A stretch of 63,091 nt of DNA, filler included, from Corallochytrium limacisporum Hawaii (Eukaryota; Protista; Pluriformea), in NCBI GenBank assembly GCA_002811645.1. It is 4 parts of 4 records of this genome, joined end to end, with 100 filler letters (N's around TTAATTAATTAA, not from the genome) between each part and the next. Parts side by side here need not be neighbours in the genome. Positions count along the whole stretch, not along the records: positions 39,336 to 63,091 come from PDIP01000096.1; 3 more parts are not named here. One strand, given 5' to 3'. Every line of letters starts with the position of its first letter. Within the stretch, counting starts at the first letter, position 1. Made by a program: the position numbers and the translations under genes. A model generated the notes under the pieces. It saw nothing but the letters and a program-made list of their open reading frames with translations, had not been told where the DNA came from and did no database searches. Below, piece by piece: positions 55,816 to 63,091 of the stretch.

Positions 55816-56370
55816 ATGGGAGCCGGTCAGTCCCGTGACGTTCGTAAAGTCGTCTTTGAACGCACTGAAAGCACTGCAGACAAGGTCCATATTTCGGTTA
55901 CGGAAGATGTTCTCGGCGCCCTTGGCGGAAATGACGCAGGGGCACAGGCTGCTCAGGTACCTGCCCAACAGGGCGGTCTTATGTTTGACTCGGAGCTGCA
56001 GAGAGACAACATGGATATTTTATTAATTAACGCCAAGCAGGAAGGTTTCCAGCAGGGGATGGCACACCAGCAACGTCTCGCACAGGAATACTTTAACCAG
56101 GTTGATCGTCAACGCGCTGGCGAGCGCAGCAAGCAACTCCAAGACATGGCCACTGAGATGGAAGGACATTTGGCCAAAATCGCTGACGACGTAAAGGTCA
56201 AATACGCAAAACAGCCCAAAGTTCCAAATGAGTGTCAAGATCTCTCCAAGGAGGCTGTTACCTGCCTTCGCCAGAACGAGGGTAAGCCATTAGAATGCAG
56301 TGTGCACATTGAGAAGTTCCACGACTGTGCTCGCAACCTCTCAAGTAAATTTGCCAGCACGTACGCATAA
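55816..56370 (+). CDS. MIC19: MICOS subunit Mic19/CHCHD3-like
   Basis: Myristoylation start MGAGQS, coiled coil, C-terminal CHCH (CQDLSKEAVTCLRQNEGKPLECSVHIEKFHDC). Confidence 0.85.
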   Translation: MGAGQSRDVRKVVFERTESTADKVHISVTEDVLGALGGNDAGAQAAQVPAQQGGLMFDSELQRDNMDILLINAKQEGFQQGMAHQQRLAQEYFNQVDRQRAGERSKQLQDMATEMEGHLAKIADDVKVKYAKQPKVPNECQDLSKEAVTCLRQNEGKPLECSVHIEKFHDCARNLSSKFASTYA

Positions 56371-56669
56371 AATATTCACCTGGTCCCATCAAGCATCATA
56401 TTCTGGAAAAGTGATAACTTGTTCTCGTTTCACTTTCCAGAATATTGTACATACAAACCACAATACACATAGTAGTCGTCGTCATATGAAACCTGGCCAT
56501 TGTGCCCCCTTTAGCAAAGGAATCCCTAACTGTGTCAAAATTGAACGATAATATCTTTATGTTGGTTGTCAATGACTTTCCAGAACGATTGCTTATGTAC
56601 AAATACCCGGATTGCCCATGATAGGTTTTGATCCTGTGACTTTGTGATACATTCCCGGCCTCATGCACA

Positions 56670-56977
56670 TTAGAGCAGGGGGCAGAGCTTCTTCTCCTTT
56701 GCATAAGGGTTCTCCTTGTCGTCCAGCTTTCCCCAAACGCTAGGCAGCAGAGGATCCTTGGTCTGTGCACAATATTCCTTAAGTCTGTTCAATAGAATAA
56801 AGAGATGGTTGCTCACCTTTTAAGTTAGTAAGATGCCCTGGTGTTGCAAAATGCACACGTTAAAAACAAAAATACTTACCCTTTGCCAGTCTCTGACACC
56901 TTCTGCCGAGGAAGACCCAGCTCCTCGCGCAACCTATTGTTTGCGGCTTCTAGCCGTGCTACCCGTGCTTCCGACAT
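56670..56977 (-). CDS. Heterotrimeric G-protein gamma subunit, 70 aa, two exons (56977-56880, 56784-56670)
   Basis: Spliced translation MSEARVARLEAANNRLREELGLPRQKVSETGKGLKEYCAQTKDPLLPSVWGKLDDKENPYAKEKKLCPLL has LREEL..R.KVS, DPLL, ENPY and a CaaX box. The intron is GTAAGT...TACTAAC...CAG (95 nt). Confidence 0.93.
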
Positions 56978-58487
56978 GACTTCGATTCCTAAATTCTTCT
57001 CTCAGAAACACACTGATGCCTGGATATAATACAAAGTCAGTAGTCGTTAAGTATGTGCCCAGTGATCCTTGACTACCCAACGAAAGCGAAATGCCTGTCC
57101 TGTTTGAACTTCCAATTTGCGTCATTTGAGAAGCTTTCTTAATGCACATGACACAAAGTTGTCCAAGTTAAATTGCGTCCCTTCGCTTCCACTTCATGCG
57201 CCCGGACACATTAGTTCTCTTCACCGTGCCTTGCGAACGGCGCCCACTTTCCTGTGCGGACTGGTGCTTCCCGCTCGAACAGCATATCTGAAGTTCCTAC
57301 ATTCCTCATCATGGTGCCTAAGTGCGCGGCGTTAATATTCCCTTGTGGATTTATGGACTCTCTGCAGAGATGTTTTACAATTCGGGCATTTCTGAGATCT
57401 CGTCCCGGTCTCTTCTTTTTGAAACGTCTGATGCCAAGTTTTGCATTTCTAGGCTAACTTTCTCCTTGACTCCCTGGTATCCCAGTCTCCCTCTGACGCC
57501 AATACTTTCACTACGAGCACCGCAGGTCACCATCGCGGGCCCTTGGATCCAGCAATTTTTTTTCCTCCTTCTCTGACCCTCGGCGTGTTTGTCCAGCCAT
57601 CCAGAGGCCCTGCCTGACGAAATCCAACCAATAGGAGAGCTGGAATCCGTTTCGCATTCCCTACCCTTCCCGCTCCCAACCCTCCAGGATAAAAAGGGAG
57701 GTAAGGGGGGGGGGGATTCTTCTGGGGACCCCTCTTTCTCGCGAAATTTACTGATGCCCTAACATTACGGTTTAGAATGGTTAAATGGATTAAGCAGAAC
57801 CGGAGGGGGGTTTAGCCCCGGGGAGGGGGGGGGAGCGCAGACTGGGTACACAACGAACCCCGCCTCCCCATCTCCACCCGATCCCGCGGTTGGGGGAGAG
57901 AGCAGAGGAAAAAGGGACCTGGGAGGAAGGGGGGGGGGGGCGACCGGTGAAGTCTTTGGTGGTGGTACACGACTCGTCGGGCGCGCGTAAGCTCTGCGGT
58001 GGTGGAAGGAGGAGGAGAACGGCGGGAGGACTTTGGTCTCTCTCTCTCTCTCCCCCCCCAGTCCACCCTTTTGGCCTCTCCCAAACTGACACCGAGGCAA
58101 CACTCCCCAATGCGAAAGCGGGACTGAAAGCTGGTGGCGAAAAGGCTGCTGGCTTTTCCCGAACTCATTCTCCCCCTATAACAGGTTCGGCTCGCTCTGG
58201 TCGCCCAGGCAAAGGGGGGGGGTTGTAATTTTGTTCGCGGAGGCGGTGGGACCACATCAACGACAAGAGACCCGGCTGCGATAAGGAGTTCGTACGCGGG
58301 TCTGTCTGAGTGGGATTTTTTGGTCACCGGTTCTTGTAAACGTGAAGTATCATCGTCCTGAAGCATTCAATAGCTATTGTGCTCACAGGTATATGTTGTG
58401 GCAGGTACCAGGTCAAGAGGATCTGCCGTCCGAATATTTGTCAGCCGATCCAGTGCGCAGATCTGACTCCAAAATGGGAACATAACC

Positions 58488-61304
58488 ATGACCGTAACGA
58501 CAGGCAGCGGCCCGTCCAAGATGACGCTGCGGGAGCAAAATTCTCAAAATTATGTGGCCCATGGCTCATCAACAAAGAAAAAGAAAGCTAAAAGGAAGAT
58601 CAAGAACACCTGTCAGGACATTCTAGGCGCGGAAACCCTGCAATATGTCGAAAAGTTTACTCATGGCAGCATTCGGGTGCTGCGGATGCTCAGTCTCCGT
58701 ACAGACATGAGGAGATTATGGGCAGCCAGTGCGAAAGAACAGATTTCGCAGCCCCTACTAGATAGTGAAGTTGATCTGTACTTCCGCTTCGGCCACAGCA
58801 ACTACGTCGGATGCCACAGGGCTATGGTCTTAGCGCTGTGCGGTATGCTGAGCGATCAGGACCGCAATGGCATTGTGAAAGAGACGAGACAGGACCAGGA
58901 ACCTCAAATTGTGGATGTAGAGCACCTTCTCGAAACACAACGCCATGCATCACTGACCGCCGCAACATACATACATGTGTTCAGAAAACTTCTTCGCAAC
59001 CTGTATATGGGAGATTTTAAACTGCTCGAACACCGGGAGGTGGAGATGTCCAGTCATGACCTTAACGTGAGCATGGAAGGGCTCCACAAGGTGCCATCGG
59101 ACGATCATACCGTACCGGACGCATCACATCCTCGACTCAGCGACACGACTATGGACAATGTAAGCCAGCCCCAGGACAGTGATGATGATATGGATGGTGA
59201 AATCGACTGGAATGCTGCATGGGTACAGGATGCCTTGCACCGGCATCTGGCCTTGGAGCAACAGCGTAGCGATGAGCTTTCCAAGGGAACACAGCGAGGC
59301 AATGACAAAGTCAAGCAGGCTTCCGGTACTGTTCCGAACAAATCTGTTGGAAGGTCATGGGGCTCATCAGAGAAAGAGCAGCGGGTCTACACCGCGTTCA
59401 CTTCAGATCATGCGCTCAGTCTGCAAAATTTCTTCCTCCAGGCTCTCGCTGCCGCTATCGTGGATATGCCGGAAGAATACACTGCGGTTGATTCTGTAGT
59501 TCAGAAGTACAAGGAAAGCGTTGCAGGCACGGATGAGGAAGACCACATGTCACAGGTGGAGATCGTCTCCACTGCTATCTTCAAATTCTTAGGGAGCGAT
59601 GAGGACATTGAAGGGCAGACAAGTGTGCAAAGCGTTGGTGCGGTTGCACAGCCCCCAGTGCAGGCACAACTACGTTCTTTGTACAAACACCCTGTCTTCA
59701 GTGATGTGTGCATCAGGGTACGCGGCGGAGATGTGATTCATGTGCATAGGGTTGTCCTCATGGCCTGCTGTCCCTACTTCAGAATGTTGCTGGGTGGTCC
59801 ATGGATGGAAGCATCCACTGGCGTAATTGATCTCACTGCTCACGAGCCAGATGTGATCCATGCGATTATCTCGTTCCTCTACTGCTATCCCTTTGCCTTC
59901 ATGGTAGACCCGGCCGACGGGCAACAATTGACGGATGCGGTTGAAGCAGACTTGAGCACAACGGAACCGGATCGTATTCTACCGATAGCGGATTTATTCG
60001 GTCTGGGTGCTTTGAAGAAATGCATCGAATACTATGTGATGAATGTCACTTGTCACGGCGTCTCCAACCCATGCCCGATTTGCCTCCCAGAGTGGCTCCA
60101 CTGGTTAGGAACGGTGCATAACTGCAACTGTTCGTGGCTTGAGAATAAGTTTCTTAAGGAGATCGCTGCCAACTTCTCTAAGATAATGTCTAATCGTGCC
60201 TACATGGAGATCTGCCCGAAGCACATTCGAGCGGAAATCGAAGCTGAGATTAGAAAGAGTCTGAACCTGAATACTCTGCTGGATCATATGGCCGCTGTCG
60301 ATATTCTGTTGGCCGCAGTTGGCCACACAGGACGCTGGGCGCAGCCCGTGGTGAACTTTGCCAAGGCCTATCAGCAGGAAATCAACGACTATTGCATCCG
60401 TCAGTTGGACAGGATGACCAGCGCAGACTTTGAAAAGATACTCAAGTCGGACCGGACGGGCCACATGATATCAGATACGTTCAATACGCTGATGGAAAGT
60501 TTAAGCCCGCAAACAGCGTGCAGCACCCTGCAAACACTGCACCGTGTGTCAGGCATAGTCAGTGAGGTCCAAAACGAAGAACTGCACCTGGGCATGATGC
60601 TGGATCGTGTCATAGAGTACGTGGCAGGCAATGTAGAGCTCATTTGTCGCCATGAAGCGCTAAAGAAGAGCAAGAAGACCAAGCAAACTGGGCGGCGGCC
60701 TAATTTAGTGCCGCTTGACGAGTGTCTTGGCTTCAATGATGAACTGGTACGCCGAGTTACTTCTTCACCGGGCTACTTGCCGATCCTGGCTGAGGATGTG
60801 AGACATTTATCCGCTCAACATCCTCTACAGTCGCCAGCACCGGCGTCAGCGTCGTCTTTGACAACCATTGAGTGTCAACTTATTGAAGACCACCGCCCAC
60901 TAAGCCGTAGTGGCCTAAAGCCCACCGTTCCTGCGTCAGCCAAGCAACAGGGACTGCAAGGAAGATCACCCGTCAATGCGCTTGACACAATCAGTGCCAG
61001 TCAACCGCCGTCATCCTCAATGCAGCGTCATAGATTCGTGACCCATCGATCGCAGGGACCGGACACCGACGAAACGTTCGTTGTTGGGGATCGCATTAAG
61101 ACCACTACCTCCGGTGGCCGCACGGGCACTGTCGTCTTCGTTGGCACAGTACATTTCGCCAAGGGAACCTTTCTGGGTCTGCGACTTGACGACGAAAGCG
61201 GCAAGCATGACGGCACCATTGATGGTGTCTCGTACTTTTCGACCGAACCGAATCGCGGAATCTTTGTGCGGGCGGCCAGTGCGAGTCGTCAGCCTGTAGA
61301 ATAA
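58488..61304 (+). CDS. Double-BTB (BTBD8-like) protein with C-terminal CAP-Gly domain
   Basis: Degenerate BTB (VDLYF...CHRAMVLALC) and canonical BTB (FSDVCIRV...HRVVLMACCPYFRML). Cys/His motif CHGVSNPCPIC. CAP-Gly (GTVVFVG...FAKGTFLGLRLD...GKHDGTIDGVSYF). Confidence 0.85.
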   Translation: MTVTTGSGPSKMTLREQNSQNYVAHGSSTKKKKAKRKIKNTCQDILGAETLQYVEKFTHGSIRVLRMLSLRTDMRRLWAASAKEQISQPLLDSEVDLYFRFGHSNYVGCHRAMVLALCGMLSDQDRNGIVKETRQDQEPQIVDVEHLLETQRHASLTAATYIHVFRKLLRNLYMGDFKLLEHREVEMSSHDLNVSMEGLHKVPSDDHTVPDASHPRLSDTTMDNVSQPQDSDDDMDGEIDWNAAWVQDALHRHLALEQQRSDELSKGTQRGNDKVKQASGTVPNKSVGRSWGSSEKEQRVYTAFTSDHALSLQNFFLQALAAAIVDMPEEYTAVDSVVQKYKESVAGTDEEDHMSQVEIVSTAIFKFLGSDEDIEGQTSVQSVGAVAQPPVQAQLRSLYKHPVFSDVCIRVRGGDVIHVHRVVLMACCPYFRMLLGGPWMEASTGVIDLTAHEPDVIHAIISFLYCYPFAFMVDPADGQQLTDAVEADLSTTEPDRILPIADLFGLGALKKCIEYYVMNVTCHGVSNPCPICLPEWLHWLGTVHNCNCSWLENKFLKEIAANFSKIMSNRAYMEICPKHIRAEIEAEIRKSLNLNTLLDHMAAVDILLAAVGHTGRWAQPVVNFAKAYQQEINDYCIRQLDRMTSADFEKILKSDRTGHMISDTFNTLMESLSPQTACSTLQTLHRVSGIVSEVQNEELHLGMMLDRVIEYVAGNVELICRHEALKKSKKTKQTGRRPNLVPLDECLGFNDELVRRVTSSPGYLPILAEDVRHLSAQHPLQSPAPASASSLTTIECQLIEDHRPLSRSGLKPTVPASAKQQGLQGRSPVNALDTISASQPPSSSMQRHRFVTHRSQGPDTDETFVVGDRIKTTTSGGRTGTVVFVGTVHFAKGTFLGLRLDDESGKHDGTIDGVSYFSTEPNRGIFVRAASASRQPVE

Positions 61305-61472
61305 GAATATTAGTACAAAATTGGATAAGAGTTTGCTGAATGATCGTGGTCAACGGAATGCTCAACCACGGTTACTATCCCTGGCTCTATGGGGTGTATG
61401 TTGTTTGAATTATGGAGCTATGGTTCTGTTACATGTCACATGTTGATGGAGACAATCCAACTTGGCTGTTGC

Positions 61473-62825
61473 TTACTCGTAGTCAAATGCACGCAGCCGA
61501 GCGTAGATCTCGTCAAGATCGGCGTATGCTCCCTGCAGGTGACGCAGACCAGTCTGCGGATCAAAACTGTCACGGGCGTGCAGAGCACGACGGTTGTTGA
61601 ACACGACCAAGTCCCCGCTATTCATGCTGAAACGCCAGACGTTGGCCTCCTCCCGGACCAACTCGTTGAAGCGACGATAAGCCTCGTAGTAGGTCATGAG
61701 TTGGCGTTGGTCCTGACCCTCGAAATGAGGCATGGCCATCGTGCGGTTGTTCAAGTGGATCTCAGAGACTTCCTCCTCGCCGGTGGCGACATTGATTCCG
61801 GAGACGAGCACGGGAGCAACCCTTCTGTAGACCCGACCGGCAGTCTTCACTCGGAACTCACAGGCGGTGGAGGCAAGACTGCGGAAGAGCTCCTCACTCT
61901 CGTCCTTCAGCATCTCAGCAGCCTTCAAACCGTCCACGTAAAGACTGTCGCCGCCCTCGGCTTCATTAGCAAGACAGTGCAGCAACTGGACCCCTGGGCT
62001 GTTCTCGCGGTAGTTCATGTCGGAGTGGAAATCAAGGGCCACAGACTTGAAGGCCAAGTGGGCCTTCGGATCCGGCTCGGTGCGCACATCGAAGAATGGA
62101 CCGTAGCTGGTCTCTCTGGGGTAGGTGGCGATACGACGGGCCACAGACAATACGGAGGGTTCTTCAGTGCCAGTCTCGGTGCTCTTGCTCTTGCTGGGCA
62201 CACCGGTCATGCGAGCCACACCACGCTCGTGCAAGAAGGTCAGCCATTCCTTGAGTACTGAATCATCATTGGCGACGTCCTGCCATGCCCATTCATTCTT
62301 GACGGCCTCCATTTCCGCGGCACTCCAACTCTTGCGAGGAAGCGCAGAGCTCAGATCGGCACCTCCGGAGAGATCGGCGATGGCCCTGGGACCCTGACCG
62401 TTGCCGTAGTGGTAGCTGTGCGTGTTGACGTTGGTAGTCTTCTTGGCCGCAGCCTGGGCCTCCTCTTTGTTGAGGACCTTCTTCAGCCATTCCTGGTCGT
62501 AAACGCCAGTGTGACCGTCGCTCCATTCAATGTTCAGAGTGCTGTCGTTGCTGTTCGTGGCCCGGTGATGAACGTTTGGATTCAGCGCTGCGGTGTCGGT
62601 GAGCTTCATACCCGTGTCACGGTGAAAGCATTCGGGGCACATGCAATGATCCCGCAACCACAGGGCGGGGACATTGTGCTGGTGACCCGGCTCGACCTCA
62701 ACCGGCACAGTGGCAAATGTACGACGTACCCGATTCACCAGCGAAGCACCGGTTGCGGTGCGGGCACAGGGGGCGACGGAACGCCAACCAATGGCAAGGG
62801 ATTTTCCGAGCACCGAGAGGGACAT
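61473..62825 (-). CDS. Gamma-butyrobetaine / trimethyllysine dioxygenase family (Fe/2OG, mitochondrial presequence)
   Basis: N-terminal Zn domain (WLRDHCMCPEC; WSDGH), HSD iron motif, PGVQLLHCL, DLVVFNNRRALHAR, RHLQGAY. Confidence 0.92.
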   Translation of the reverse strand: MSLSVLGKSLAIGWRSVAPCARTATGASLVNRVRRTFATVPVEVEPGHQHNVPALWLRDHCMCPECFHRDTGMKLTDTAALNPNVHHRATNSNDSTLNIEWSDGHTGVYDQEWLKKVLNKEEAQAAAKKTTNVNTHSYHYGNGQGPRAIADLSGGADLSSALPRKSWSAAEMEAVKNEWAWQDVANDDSVLKEWLTFLHERGVARMTGVPSKSKSTETGTEEPSVLSVARRIATYPRETSYGPFFDVRTEPDPKAHLAFKSVALDFHSDMNYRENSPGVQLLHCLANEAEGGDSLYVDGLKAAEMLKDESEELFRSLASTACEFRVKTAGRVYRRVAPVLVSGINVATGEEEVSEIHLNNRTMAMPHFEGQDQRQLMTYYEAYRRFNELVREEANVWRFSMNSGDLVVFNNRRALHARDSFDPQTGLRHLQGAYADLDEIYARLRAFDYE

Positions 62826-63091
62826 ATTTCCATACAGGGTTATGATCCGGAACTACTGGTTTTGCAGTTATGCGAATACCATTTTACACTGCGGCTTGAA
62901 AGCCTAACTTTATGTCTTCATCTGTCAATATATCATCCATATCCTTTCATTCTCTCATCTTAATTACCCCCATTCTGGCCAGACCGTCATGCTGTTCAAG
63001 GCCCCACTCTCAAGCGGGTCTTCACCAGCCCGCCAGGAATCCTCCTGCTCGTTTCTCGCCGTTCCCTTCCCTTCCTTCGAAATTCCCCCCC

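Noticed and set aside
886-62825. Apparent clustering of mitochondrial genes as a functional unit
   Set aside because: They are spread over separate contigs and unrelated pathways, consistent with chance.

Overview
Eukaryotic nuclear DNA from a compact, extremely intron-poor genome. Gene content and style suggest an opisthokont, possibly a unicellular holozoan (inference only). The window is stitched from at least four contigs by artificial 100-nt N-TTAATTAATTAA-N linkers and has three further N gaps. It holds 20 supportable protein genes in tight clusters separated by multi-kb spacers rich in G/C runs and microsatellites. The genes are a PDK/BCKDK kinase, PCF11, a mitochondrial RAP-domain protein, ADO/PCO, an orphan ~10-TM protein, a GT31 fusion, NADP-GDH, a SUN protein, MCM10, PIG-Q, ATP12, PUS7, an FBXO22-like protein, PDI, a CLC channel, the queuosine-salvage hydrolase QNG1, MIC19, a spliced G-protein gamma subunit missed by the ORF track, a BTB-CAP-Gly protein and a GBBH/TMLH-like dioxygenase. 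Three observations stand out. (1) QNG1 has no usable AUG: it has an AUA in native start context and a Met-Asn-Thr-stop uORF whose +1 frame could splice into the CDS. (2) About 30 kb of CDS contains one clear intron, while many 5' UTRs carry intron-like sequences. (3) A family of TA-flanked terminal inverted repeats sits at contig ends, one type carrying Pol III A/B-box-like motifs. No tRNA, rRNA, snRNA or CRISPR could be supported.
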